DNA of 63,452 nt from a virus. Lineage: Duplodnaviria; Caudoviricetes. Under the pieces are notes generated by a model. It ran no database searches, was not told where the DNA came from, and worked only from the letters and a program-made list of their open reading frames with translations. The DNA is taken from IMG/VR virus record IMGVR_UViG_3300005512_000028, positions 1 through 63,452 of that record. The stretch is one strand, 5' to 3'. The number at the start of each line of letters is the position of its first letter. The stretch's first letter is position 1. Of this stretch, positions 35,758-45,212 are shown piece by piece. The position numbers and the translations under genes are program-made.

Positions 35758-36083
35758 GGGCCTGAATTGGTATCGACCAGATGCAGAAGCTGACGCTACG
35801 TGTCGAGGTCGCCGGTAGGCCTCGCTAAACAACCGGCGCGGCACTTAACTGCCACCCCGATGAAGATGGCGGCTTAGCCGCCCGTCCTACACAACGACGC
35901 CGATGATTGTGTAGGGCGCACGGTATCGGCTACCTTCGGAGCGGTGCAAGGCAACCGCTGCCCTGGTGGATTCGGTGTGGACGCCCCCGCAGCACGGATA
36001 CTCGTCGGCCGGAAACGACGGGACGCACGTGAGGCCGAATGCCAAAGCATCATGGGACCCGGGTTCGATTCCCGGCAGGTCCA
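35758..36083 (+). ncRNA. ssrA: tmRNA; tag (A)ATPMKMAA at 35851-35877
   Basis: Acceptor GGGCCTG/CAGGTCC+A with G3-U, TGGTATCGAC, PK1 CGAGG/CCTCG plus GCCGGT/ACCGGC, TAACT-GCC resume context, GGAC-CCGGGTTCGATTCCCGG T arm. Confidence 0.92.
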
Positions 36084-36095
36084 GTAGAAAGGAAG

Positions 36096-36323
36096 ATGGC
36101 CATGACTCAGCTCGGCAAAAAGGTCAGGGACAAGATCACATCCTATGAGGGAATCGCTGTCAGCGTCGTCTATCATCTAGGAGGCGGCACGGAGTTTGGG
36201 GTGCAGGCCGACCATCTGATAGACGGCGAGGTCCCCGAGGTCGTGTTCTTCCCTGAATGGAGACTGGAAGAACTGCCTAACGAACTGCAGATAGGATTCC
36301 CATCAGGGGACAGCGATGGCTAG
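36096..36323 (+). CDS. Small SH3-like hypothetical protein
   Basis: LGKKVRDKITSYEGIAV...VQ...FPEWRLE. Confidence 0.7.
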   Translation: MAMTQLGKKVRDKITSYEGIAVSVVYHLGGGTEFGVQADHLIDGEVPEVVFFPEWRLEELPNELQIGFPSGDSDG

Positions 36324-36582
36324 ACGGCGACTCAACTACAGACGTCTGGTGAAGACGGAGATAATGCAGTTGGTATTGACGTACAAGCCGCTCGTTGCCG
36401 ACCAGGTTCGCAAGAGCCGGTCGTTATCAGGGCCAGTTGGCGAGCTGATCGTACCAATCCCCCTGTCCCGTCTGGCCGATACTATGGAGGTCCTCATGGA
36501 GGCGGCTGCATCTGACGAACGCCACCTCCTACTCCAGCGCGTCAAGAACGTACTGACATTACATAAGGAACGATCACCATGA
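36316..36582 (+). CDS. Hypothetical protein
   Basis: 88 aa in an overlapping gene chain. Confidence 0.55.
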   Translation: MARRRLNYRRLVKTEIMQLVLTYKPLVADQVRKSRSLSGPVGELIVPIPLSRLADTMEVLMEAAASDERHLLLQRVKNVLTLHKERSP

Positions 36583-36779
36583 GCGACTCGGACAACGACG
36601 ACCTGCAAGGGCCGTCTCTCCGTGCATCTGTAACCGCTCTTCGGAGGGACATGGAAATTCACGAGATGCAGATCGCGTGCCTGTCGCATCTGCTGGGCCA
36701 TCGCATGCGGTGTCTGGTGGAGGCGGGGCTCACGCGGGATGAAGCAGTACGGGTGATCGTACATAGAGGTCTTCTATGA
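36579..36779 (+). CDS. Hypothetical protein
   Basis: 66 aa, ATGA overlaps. Confidence 0.55.
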   Translation: MSDSDNDDLQGPSLRASVTALRRDMEIHEMQIACLSHLLGHRMRCLVEAGLTRDEAVRVIVHRGLL

Positions 36780-37825
36780 TCTCCTCTATCCGTCTCCGCA
36801 ACTGGCAGGCCCACCGTTCACTGCTGGTGCGGCTGGCGCCGGGCGTCACCACGATCACAGGCCCCAACGACGTAGGCAAGTCGGCAATCTTGCGGGCGCT
36901 CCGATGGGCCGCGCTGAACAAGCCAAGTGGGAGTGGGTTCATCCGCCACGGCTCGCGTGTATGTAAGGTGCATGTAACGACGCAGAATGGATGTGTCGTC
37001 CGTACGAAGGGCGCGAATCGCAATTCGTATGAAGTCGACGGCAAAGAGCTAGTGGCCTTCGGTGCCGACCCGCCGCCGGAGGTCGCTGCCGCACTCGAAC
37101 TGCAGCCCATCAACTTCCAGCAACAGCACGACGCCGCCTTCTGGTTTTCGCAAACGGCAGGCGGCGTCTCACGGGAGCTGAATCGGGTAGTCAACCTCAG
37201 TGTTATCGACACCACGCTCGCTGCACTCGCATCCGATCTCCGTAGGTCCGCGATGAAGGCCGACGTCATCCAGACCCGACTCGACGCGGCAAAACGCGAG
37301 CGCCAACGGCACCGATGCGCGGTCGCCGCCAACCGTGCCTTGTGCATGGTCGAAAATCTGGCGCAAGAGGCTATCAGACTTGGGCGGAGGGCGACTTTAT
37401 TGGCCGAGTTGGTCCGTTGTGCCACTGCCGCGAAAAGGGCGACACGGGCCGCGACACGCACGGCACGCGACGCACGAAAAGTGGTCGAGTTGGGCGAGGC
37501 TTGTACGAGAGTAGGACGGAGAGCGAGTACGCTGCACTCACTCGTGGAGACGGCGACGAGGCTTACGGACGCCGCCACCCGCGCGACACCGAACCCGAGT
37601 CCAGTGGGGCAGCGGTGTGGCTACTGGCTGTCCCTACAGAAGAGAACGAAGGCGCTGAGGCAGCTGCTCTTTATAACACGCGAACAGAAGTCGCACCTAT
37701 GGACACTACAGAAAAGAATAGCATCGGCACAGCACTCCCTCGATGCCATCAAGACATGCCCGACCTGCGGGCAGCCACTCCCCCGGTCATCGCGGCGGTC
37801 TGCGCCGACATCCACCTCACGGTGA
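36776..37825 (+). CDS. SbcC/Rad50 N-terminal half
   Basis: IRLRNWQAH, GPNDVGKS, Q-loop FQQQ, coiled coil ending in a CPTC hook. Confidence 0.85.
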   Translation: MISSIRLRNWQAHRSLLVRLAPGVTTITGPNDVGKSAILRALRWAALNKPSGSGFIRHGSRVCKVHVTTQNGCVVRTKGANRNSYEVDGKELVAFGADPPPEVAAALELQPINFQQQHDAAFWFSQTAGGVSRELNRVVNLSVIDTTLAALASDLRRSAMKADVIQTRLDAAKRERQRHRCAVAANRALCMVENLAQEAIRLGRRATLLAELVRCATAAKRATRAATRTARDARKVVELGEACTRVGRRASTLHSLVETATRLTDAATRATPNPSPVGQRCGYWLSLQKRTKALRQLLFITREQKSHLWTLQKRIASAQHSLDAIKTCPTCGQPLPRSSRRSAPTSTSR

Positions 37826-38688
37826 AACCCCCCATCTGCAGGGCGGGGGAGCCGGACTGGTATGCAGCGATGGATAGACCGCTATCGGCGCTCCGTGCCA
37901 TTGATCACCAAGGCATCCCCATTCTGTGTGCGGGCGACATCTTCGACAAGTGGAAGAGCCCTCCCGAGCTCATCAACTTCGCCATAGAACGGCTACCCAA
38001 GATGATCGCGATCCCCGGGCAGCACGACCTCCCAATGCACGACGTCGAGCAGATTCATCGGTCGGCGTTCGGCACGCTCGTCGCGGCCGGGAAGCTCAAC
38101 TGCCCGGAGAACCGATTCGCGCTAATCAACGGCGCGCGCGTCTGGACGTTCCCATGGAACGCACGCGTGACCCCTCTGCCGGAAGACTACACGGACGAGA
38201 GGAGCAGGATCCTTAACATAGCGGTCATCCACGAGTACAGATGGATAGACGGCCACGGATACACAGGCGCGCCGGCAGCGGGCAGATTCGACAGATGGCC
38301 TCGCTCGTGGAAAGGGTATGACGTCGTAGTCATTGGCGATAACCACAGTGGGTTTGTACATACCACCTCACACGGAACAGCTATCAACTGCGGTACGATG
38401 ATGCGGCGTAAGACGGACGAGGCGTCGTACGAGCCGACCATCGGCCTCATTCACGCCAACGGCGACGTCTCGCAGTGGGCCATAGACACCAGCGAGGACG
38501 TCATCGAGACCGCACCATTGGGAGACGCCACGGGGACCGCGGAGAGCATCCAAGCATTCCTATCTCAACTAGAAGTGCTGCAGACCACAGACCTCGACTT
38601 TGCGGATGCGCTTAGACAAGCACTCGACCGCATCGACGCATCACCCGAGCTAAGGGCTGTAGTCACAGGAGCGATGAACGATGGCTGA
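37756..38688 (+). CDS. SbcD/Mre11-like metallophosphoesterase nuclease
   Basis: ADIHL, AGDIFD, PGQHD, GDNH. Confidence 0.88.
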   Translation: MPDLRAATPPVIAAVCADIHLTVKPPICRAGEPDWYAAMDRPLSALRAIDHQGIPILCAGDIFDKWKSPPELINFAIERLPKMIAIPGQHDLPMHDVEQIHRSAFGTLVAAGKLNCPENRFALINGARVWTFPWNARVTPLPEDYTDERSRILNIAVIHEYRWIDGHGYTGAPAAGRFDRWPRSWKGYDVVVIGDNHSGFVHTTSHGTAINCGTMMRRKTDEASYEPTIGLIHANGDVSQWAIDTSEDVIETAPLGDATGTAESIQAFLSQLEVLQTTDLDFADALRQALDRIDASPELRAVVTGAMNDG

Positions 38689-38956
38689 TGCAGAAGACTA
38701 CACAGCGCTGAAAACACGCATAGCCACCCTCCAACGGGAGGCCGACCGTGCTCGTGGAGAGCTGGACGCCACGATGAAGCGAATCGCAGACGAGTACGGA
38801 TGCTCGTCTATCAAAGAGGCAAAGGCGATGATGGTCAAGCTGACCAAGGAGCAGCAAGAGGCAAAGCAGAAGTTCGACGAGGCCTATGCGCAATTCGAAA
38901 GGGAACACGGAGATGTCATCAACGACCAGAAAGACGCGGCGGTGCCTTCGGTGTGA
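38681..38956 (+). CDS. Coiled-coil protein
   Basis: 91 aa heptad pattern between SbcD and the SbcC C-half. Confidence 0.65.
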   Translation: MADAEDYTALKTRIATLQREADRARGELDATMKRIADEYGCSSIKEAKAMMVKLTKEQQEAKQKFDEAYAQFEREHGDVINDQKDAAVPSV

Positions 38957-39080
38957 CAAGGAGTTTGTATCAAGGGGGCCGTGGAATCGCATCTGCCCCA
39001 AATGCCACAGCAAGGCACGCCTACAGGAATCGAGACGATGCAAGGGCAACCCCACGAAGAAGCGCGTGACGGACATCTAA
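38913..39080 (+). CDS. Small Zn-finger protein
   Basis: RRCLRCDKEFVSRGPWNRICPKC. Confidence 0.6.
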   Translation: MSSTTRKTRRCLRCDKEFVSRGPWNRICPKCHSKARLQESRRCKGNPTKKRVTDI

Positions 39081-39652
39081 CATCAATAGGGGAATGGCGA
39101 TCGGCCGTCGATGGCCGACTGGCGTCGTTCCGCCTTGCCCACGAGTCTGCCGTGCGAGAGGCATCCGAACTCAAGGAAGCCAAAAGGCGCATCGCGCTCC
39201 TTGAGCAGGCACGGGCTATCGTGCAGGAGGTCGCGCAGCAGGTACAGGAGCAGGCCCACGCGCATATCGCATCCGTCGTGTCGCGGTGCCTACGCGCCGT
39301 CTACGACGACCCATACGAGTTCCGCATCCTGTTTGAGCAGAAGCGAGGGCGCACGGAGGCGAGGCTGGTGTTTGAGCGCGATGGCGTGCAGGTCGACCCG
39401 ATGACGGCGTCCGGCGGCGGGCCCGTGGATGTCGCCGCCTTCGCTCTCCGGCTATCATGCATCATGCTATCCAGACAGCCACGGCCCGCCCGTGTACTGA
39501 TACTGGACGAGCCATTCAAGTTCGTCAACAGGAAGAACCTGCCACGGGTCCGGTCGCTGCTCGAGTCGCTTGCGAAGGAAATGCATGTGCAGATCGTGAT
39601 GATCACTCATATACACGCGCTCGAAACGGGGCTGATGATCGACTGCGGTTAG
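38981..39652 (+). CDS. SbcC/Rad50 C-terminal half
   Basis: Signature ASGGG, Walker B LILDEPF, MITH; start uncertain. Confidence 0.85.
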   Translation: MESHLPQMPQQGTPTGIETMQGQPHEEARDGHLTSIGEWRSAVDGRLASFRLAHESAVREASELKEAKRRIALLEQARAIVQEVAQQVQEQAHAHIASVVSRCLRAVYDDPYEFRILFEQKRGRTEARLVFERDGVQVDPMTASGGGPVDVAAFALRLSCIMLSRQPRPARVLILDEPFKFVNRKNLPRVRSLLESLAKEMHVQIVMITHIHALETGLMIDCG

Positions 39653-39807
39653 CGCCGGCGCTTGCCACGGCCAGATCTCATAGCACGCGAGATTTCATTC
39701 AGCGTGACCTCCTCCTCCCATACGAAAAGGGCCACGACGAACGGGCCGATGATACACCCGGCGAGGAACGCGAACACGGTGCATGCTAATCTTGAGATGA
39801 GGTGCAT
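39649..39807 (-). CDS. Small membrane protein (holin candidate)
   Basis: 52 aa with a hydrophobic stretch and basic tail, downstream of the lysozyme; GGAG RBS. Confidence 0.4.
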   Translation of the reverse strand: MHLISRLACTVFAFLAGCIIGPFVVALFVWEEEVTLNEISRAMRSGRGKRRR

Positions 39808-39818
39808 TCCGATCTCCC

Positions 39819-40409
39819 TTACTTGTCTGTGGCGGACCGCATAGACGCCAGAACCAGCTGCACTTTGGCCCAGTACGCATTCGTGGATGCCTTCTCTGCG
39901 CCTCGCGGCCCGCCGTTGTGTACTCGGGCGAGTACCTCTTGGTCGCCGTCAGCGAGGGCCTGGGGGCAGTACCGGTGCCAGTACCACTTTGCCACCTGTC
40001 TGCTCTTCCAGACGTCCCACACGGCCGTGGCGTATTCCCATCCCGCGTCGTTCAGAACCTTCCCCTCCTCGCAGCCGTCGTGCCAGTAGGCTTCATGAAT
40101 ATGAAGGGGGCCGCGTGCATTGCCGCCGTCCCCTACCAGTTGGGTGCCGCCGACCGACTCGTGCTCATACAGAGCGTCCAGAAGCACCTCGACACGGTGA
40201 CGGGCGTTGATCACCTCCAGTGGCCATCCTTCCTGAATTGGGAGGAGGACGGCGGGCGGGCGCACGACAGCATCATTGGTTATAGCCCGCGGATGCCTCT
40301 CCGTCTCCCTCATTCTGCGTTGGACGATGTCCGCGACCATAATAAAGATCGCAAGGAAGACAGCCAGAACCACAAGGCCACCCGAACTTCCGCCTTTGTA
40401 CTCGCTCAT
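39819..40409 (-). CDS. Destabilase/i-type lysozyme-like endolysin with N-terminal TM
   Basis: HESVGG...GDGGNARGPLHIHEAYWHD...ARVHNGGPRG...YWAKV. Confidence 0.8.
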   Translation of the reverse strand: MSEYKGGSSGGLVVLAVFLAIFIMVADIVQRRMRETERHPRAITNDAVVRPPAVLLPIQEGWPLEVINARHRVEVLLDALYEHESVGGTQLVGDGGNARGPLHIHEAYWHDGCEEGKVLNDAGWEYATAVWDVWKSRQVAKWYWHRYCPQALADGDQEVLARVHNGGPRGAEKASTNAYWAKVQLVLASMRSATDK

Positions 40410-40434
40410 CTGTATCTCCTTCCGTGCCCAATAC

Positions 40435-41121
40435 CTAGTCAGAGCGGCCCGGCCCCGAAGACGAATCCGGCCAGTTAATTGAGGCTACATCACCAGCGAA
40501 GTGAAGCTTGTCATGCCATACCAATCCGTCCGGCAGACGATCCGCAGCCTCGTTCCATCCGCCGTGGACGTCTGCGATGGCCATCACATTGAGCCGTCTC
40601 GCTGCACCGTACACTGTCCCGCCCCACCGTAGAAAGTGGCCTTGCCTGCAGTCGAACCCAGCGACGGCCATACAGTACGCGAGCTGGCCTACGCTCCATC
40701 CGACGGCGATGTGACCACACGCCACGTCGGGTTTGTGAATTGGGACGCCGACGAAGAACATCGCGCCCGGCTTCAGCTTGGCCCCCCACGTATGTAATGT
40801 TCCGATAGGGTCGCGCGTATGCTCGAGAGAATGGAATGAGTACCCGGCGTCCCATATGCGATTAGGCAGATGGCTCCAGTCGGACGCGATTAGCGCGTAA
40901 CCCTCCTTTGCTGCTTGCGCCGTGGCTTCTGGCTGGAAGGCAATATCTACGCCGGTCGCACGCCTGCCTGCCCTGGTGAACTCTTCGCAGTGCAAACCGA
41001 ATCCGCAGCCGAAGTCCACGATGGACGTCCAGTCGTAGGACAGCGCGAGTTCGATGAGCGGGCGTCCCGCCTCAAGCAGTGCGCGTGTCGCGGGGCCGTT
41101 CTTTTGACTCCAGTGTTTCAT
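40435..41121 (-). CDS. Class I SAM-dependent methyltransferase
   Basis: VDFGCGFG, HSLEH, LKPGA. Confidence 0.88.
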   Translation of the reverse strand: MKHWSQKNGPATRALLEAGRPLIELALSYDWTSIVDFGCGFGLHCEEFTRAGRRATGVDIAFQPEATAQAAKEGYALIASDWSHLPNRIWDAGYSFHSLEHTRDPIGTLHTWGAKLKPGAMFFVGVPIHKPDVACGHIAVGWSVGQLAYCMAVAGFDCRQGHFLRWGGTVYGAARRLNVMAIADVHGGWNEAADRLPDGLVWHDKLHFAGDVASINWPDSSSGPGRSD

Positions 41122-41133
41122 GCCGTCAATCTC

Positions 41134-41349
41134 CTATGGCCACGAACGGGTGAACTCGCCACCCGGCCCTAGCAGGCAAACGGGGGCGTTCTCTACGTGC
41201 CCATGACGACACTCGCTGCATACGAACGCGTCCTCGTGGAACAGCCCGCGCTCGCAGTCGGGGCACGCCACACGGCCGCATTCCGCACAGACCTGACCGC
41301 CGTCATGGGAGTCGAATCCATCGCCACACCATGAGCATTTCGCATACAT
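41134..41349 (-). CDS. Small Zn-binding protein
   Basis: Four CxxC motifs, AAGGAG RBS. Confidence 0.6.
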   Translation of the reverse strand: MYAKCSWCGDGFDSHDGGQVCAECGRVACPDCERGLFHEDAFVCSECRHGHVENAPVCLLGPGGEFTRSWP

Positions 41350-41500
41350 GTCAAACTCCTTCCCGGTGTTATACCACTCTACACACTACAACTGTCGGAT
41401 GATCGCATCAAGTTTCATGAGGAAAAAATGACAGGGACGCCCAGCTGGCGGTGGGCGGTGGGAAGGAGGCCGGACGCCCCTGTTTGATATGTATGTTACA

Positions 41501-42397
41501 TCATAGCACCATCTTGCGATTCACTGCATTACGCATCAGCGCCATCACCCTATCAGGTACTTGCTCTGCCGTGTACTGATGCGACAATACATGTCTTAGC
41601 ACGGCCGTCTGCGCATCTATGATCTGATCACAACAACGGGCGTCCAGCTGCTTTGTGCGGTCGCGAGTCAACGACGGGTCCGCCGTCATACACCACACAG
41701 CCCCCTCTCGTCTGTACACCGCGTCCCCGTAGCACAGCACCGGGAGATGGATATCCAGCGCCTCCAGTCCGCACGTGGAGTTCACGCACGCCAAAGCACA
41801 CGCGCTCTCCATGGCCTCGTCCAGACTGGCCGACCGATCCCACGTCATCTTGTCGCTGCCATCGACGGTCTGCACTACATCCTTCGAGGCCACGGCACGC
41901 GGGTGCCGTCGCACGCGCATCTGACATAAACTATGGTCGGCCAAGTGGCGAATAAACGCGGCCATGTTTTTGAAGTACGGAGACAGGCATCGTATCTGCG
42001 TGTCCCCGTCGCTCTGTAGTATCACAAGCAGATCGCCGCTGGGTACGTCAACGCAACCACCCGATCTCCAAGTCACGGGGTCGTGCATCCAGCTGGCCTT
42101 GGCGTTGATGCCCTCCGGGTCTAACTGGATAGCCCCGTCCTGAGGCATCCATCCTAACTCCGCGAAAGCCATCGACACGCCAGATCGTTTGCATAGAGGC
42201 GATATCTCATCGTACAGCGGATGGATACCATTCCATAGCACGACGAGATCGCATGAGGTTAGGATTGCCGGGACCGGGCGCTTATTGCGCCACCGCCGTA
42301 CTATGTAACCAGCACGACGAAGTGCAGAGGCAACCAAATCCATCCACGGCGCGCTTCGTTCGTCGGCCCTTCGTTCTACGAGAACCATGCGTCTCAT
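41501..42397 (-). CDS. KpsS/KpsC-like capsule-synthesis glycosyltransferase
   Basis: LWNG, AELGW, LDPEGINA, LQSDGDTQI, RRHP, VNSTCGLEAL, GDAVY. Confidence 0.8.
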   Translation of the reverse strand: MRRMVLVERRADERSAPWMDLVASALRRAGYIVRRWRNKRPVPAILTSCDLVVLWNGIHPLYDEISPLCKRSGVSMAFAELGWMPQDGAIQLDPEGINAKASWMHDPVTWRSGGCVDVPSGDLLVILQSDGDTQIRCLSPYFKNMAAFIRHLADHSLCQMRVRRHPRAVASKDVVQTVDGSDKMTWDRSASLDEAMESACALACVNSTCGLEALDIHLPVLCYGDAVYRREGAVWCMTADPSLTRDRTKQLDARCCDQIIDAQTAVLRHVLSHQYTAEQVPDRVMALMRNAVNRKMVL

Positions 42398-44946
42398 ATC
42401 GCTCGCTCCTTCCGACGGCGATGGGACTGGAGTGCACGGCGAAACGTATCCTTCTGTAGCTGCGTCGCGCGCTTGGTCATCTGCTTCGGGTGCATGCGGT
42501 AGTAATACAAGGGCCGCTTCAGCGTACCCCAGACAGCCCCCGCCCGAATAGACCGTATGTTCCAGTCTGCATCTGCTGCCCACTCCATATCCGGGTCAAA
42601 GCCACCCACCTTGTCATACCACTGACGCGAGGCCACAATGGACGCGCCAACAGGGCCATGCCGGAAGTCGCCCTTCATATACTTGGCCGCGTCCACGGCG
42701 GGGACTGCGTGATCCTTTATGTACTTCCCATCCATGGCATAGATACCCATACCAGTCGTGGAGATGTCCATGTCCGGGAAACTGAGTAGGTGGGCTACCT
42801 GCCACGACAGCCGTTCGGGTGCGTGCATGTCATCGCTGTCCAGTCGCGCCACGATCTCACCAGTGCTGTGGGCCAATGCAAAGTTCGTCGCCTTCGCGTA
42901 CCCCCCGTGCGGCGTGACGTGCATCTTAATACGAGCGTCCGTGCCCTTGGCTCGTGCAATAGCAGCCTCCAGCGCGTCATCGGGGCCATCCACTACAATC
43001 ACCAGCTCCCATTGGCGGTACGTTTGCTTCTGCATAGACGCGATGGCATCCTCAATGTAATCGGCGGATTGGAAGGCGGGCATCAGCACGGATACAAGCG
43101 GCGGGTTCAGCAGCCTCTGATAGAGCGAGCCGATGCGAGCCATGGTCTTGCGGTTGGACAGCTGCGATACCATCCGCTTGCTTAGACGATGACGCGGTGC
43201 GCTTGGCATGGCATCCGCCGTCTTGCAGATGTGCGATACGAACTCGTCGTCCGTTTCGCAAATGGTGATTGGGTACCCCTGCTCGGCAAGCGAATGTACA
43301 TTACCGACGGGACGGGATGCCACAGGCACTCCGCATACCAGCGCCTCTGCTAGTGCGGTAGGCCCTCCCTCTATGTCACTGGTGATGAGCATCATATCCA
43401 TCCCGGCCAACCAGCATTCGGGACGGTTTGTTATACCAGTGACGGTGATGTGGCCTTCGTTCTGCCGCATCAGGTCATTGTAGCGTTTCTGCTCGCTGTC
43501 CAGCCCGCATCCACCCACCCACACGAACTGTACTGTAGGATGCGTTTCGTGTACCTTGTGTGCAATGTAGATGAAACGGTCGATGCGCTTCTCAGAAGCA
43601 CACCGGCACAGCAGGCCCACCGTCATACGAGGTCCATTCATCGGGGCGAACTGATCCACATCCGCCATCATGCCCGGAAGGAGCATCGGCACGGACACGT
43701 CTACGCCCCTCCGCTGTGTGATCACCGAATCTGTGAGCACCGCGTCCATCCGCTCTCCGTCCCAATCGCCCGCATCGTCTAAATTGGCCGTGTTGAACAC
43801 GCTGTCAATCACAGGCAGCGGCGTCGCCGCCTTCAGTGCTCGCCGCGTGTCTCGGTCTAAGACAGTACAGTGAATGAGATCGGCGTCTATCGATTTGGCG
43901 TAGTCAGCCACGGCTTCTGCATACCGCTTCTTCCTTAGCACACTCGTGCATATGTACTGATCGGTCATTGACGTGCCCGCTTTGTTGGGCTCGGATGCAC
44001 ATGCAGCAAAGTCGTACTTGTCGCCAAGCGCACGCACTGTAGATTGGAAGATACGCTCTGCCCCACCACACTGGAATCGCTTATACATATGCAGTATCAG
44101 CGGCTTCTTGGGCCCGCAACGGCGGTGTGGTTTATGCACGCGCCTGCGCACTGGCTCTGGCTCTGGCTCTGGCGCGTTATGCGCGCCGACCTCCTTCTTG
44201 TGTTCACGGGAGGCCTGAAAGTGCTCTATGACTGGCGTGGCGTCGGGGAACTGCTCTCTGTGCAGATCGAAGATGAAGCAGTACTCGGCAGGCAGGCGGC
44301 GGACACGGAACGATGTGTCTCTCTGCAGAAGCAGACGGAGGTTGTCTTGGTCGGTCCTACGAGGGAAGCGCCCGTTGCGGGCCACCCACGCATCCATCAG
44401 CCGCTCTCTGCCTACGTTGCATCCCGGGAAGAACTGTGTACCGCCGCACACCCGATTGCGCCTGAAGTAGTGTACAGCGATATCGCACACGGGCAGCGAG
44501 TCTAAGTAAGGCCACGGGTCAGAGTGTATCTTCGCGTCGGCGTCTACCAACAGCAGATCGGTATCCGGCATCTCCCTCATCAGCCGCAGCATCATAACCT
44601 GCCGCTCAAAGAGGTTGGCTGTCCAGTCTCCGTGGTTGGGCAGCTCTTCTACATAATGAGGGAGGCCCAGGCGCTCCACGGACGGGAGGAAGAACCGCCG
44701 TATCACATCGTGGTATGGCCCCTCCGTGTAGCAGCTAACAATCAGCTTGCGTGCTACCGGTACACGCACAGGCGCGCTCTCGTCAGGCTCATCGGATACC
44801 AGTTCAAACCGGTCGGGGAAGAGAGCACTGCAGTCGACCCCTGATTCGAATATGTAGCCTTTGGAGAGTACCTCACCGTTGTGCTTCACCTTATCCTGCG
44901 TGACACGAATTTTCACCGTTGCGTCCTTCCCTTTATACTGCACCAC
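42394..44946 (-). CDS. Three-domain glycosyltransferase (GT-A, GT4-like GT-B, GT2)
   Basis: VDADA...TDQ; GGAER...EKR...EGGPTALAEA; VSVLMPA...LDSDD...D. Confidence 0.9.
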   Translation of the reverse strand: MVQYKGKDATVKIRVTQDKVKHNGEVLSKGYIFESGVDCSALFPDRFELVSDEPDESAPVRVPVARKLIVSCYTEGPYHDVIRRFFLPSVERLGLPHYVEELPNHGDWTANLFERQVMMLRLMREMPDTDLLLVDADAKIHSDPWPYLDSLPVCDIAVHYFRRNRVCGGTQFFPGCNVGRERLMDAWVARNGRFPRRTDQDNLRLLLQRDTSFRVRRLPAEYCFIFDLHREQFPDATPVIEHFQASREHKKEVGAHNAPEPEPEPVRRRVHKPHRRCGPKKPLILHMYKRFQCGGAERIFQSTVRALGDKYDFAACASEPNKAGTSMTDQYICTSVLRKKRYAEAVADYAKSIDADLIHCTVLDRDTRRALKAATPLPVIDSVFNTANLDDAGDWDGERMDAVLTDSVITQRRGVDVSVPMLLPGMMADVDQFAPMNGPRMTVGLLCRCASEKRIDRFIYIAHKVHETHPTVQFVWVGGCGLDSEQKRYNDLMRQNEGHITVTGITNRPECWLAGMDMMLITSDIEGGPTALAEALVCGVPVASRPVGNVHSLAEQGYPITICETDDEFVSHICKTADAMPSAPRHRLSKRMVSQLSNRKTMARIGSLYQRLLNPPLVSVLMPAFQSADYIEDAIASMQKQTYRQWELVIVVDGPDDALEAAIARAKGTDARIKMHVTPHGGYAKATNFALAHSTGEIVARLDSDDMHAPERLSWQVAHLLSFPDMDISTTGMGIYAMDGKYIKDHAVPAVDAAKYMKGDFRHGPVGASIVASRQWYDKVGGFDPDMEWAADADWNIRSIRAGAVWGTLKRPLYYYRMHPKQMTKRATQLQKDTFRRALQSHRRRKERAI

Positions 44947-45184
44947 CAGTTGCAGTTTCCAATCGTCCTATTGGGCATGCATACCGCGGGTCCCCTCCAA
45001 GCGCCTTCTGCCGGTTGCATGGGCTAAGCGAAGTCCACACTACACACGTCGGCCTGTCAGGGCAATCAGCGCATATCCGTACGTTGGTCGCATGTAGGCC
45101 AACAGTCGCGGCAGGGGCCAAACCTCGTACGCCCCGCGTACGCCGTAGCCGCAACGCACGGACACGGGAGGGCGTCAGTTGCAT
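44933..45184 (-). CDS. Small Cys-rich protein
   Basis: ICADCP...C...C...ACPIGR. Confidence 0.5.
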   Translation of the reverse strand: MQLTPSRVRALRLRRTRGVRGLAPAATVGLHATNVRICADCPDRPTCVVWTSLSPCNRQKALGGDPRYACPIGRLETATGGAV

Positions 45185-45212
45185 GCTCGTACGGTCATCG
45201 CGGTTTGTACTG

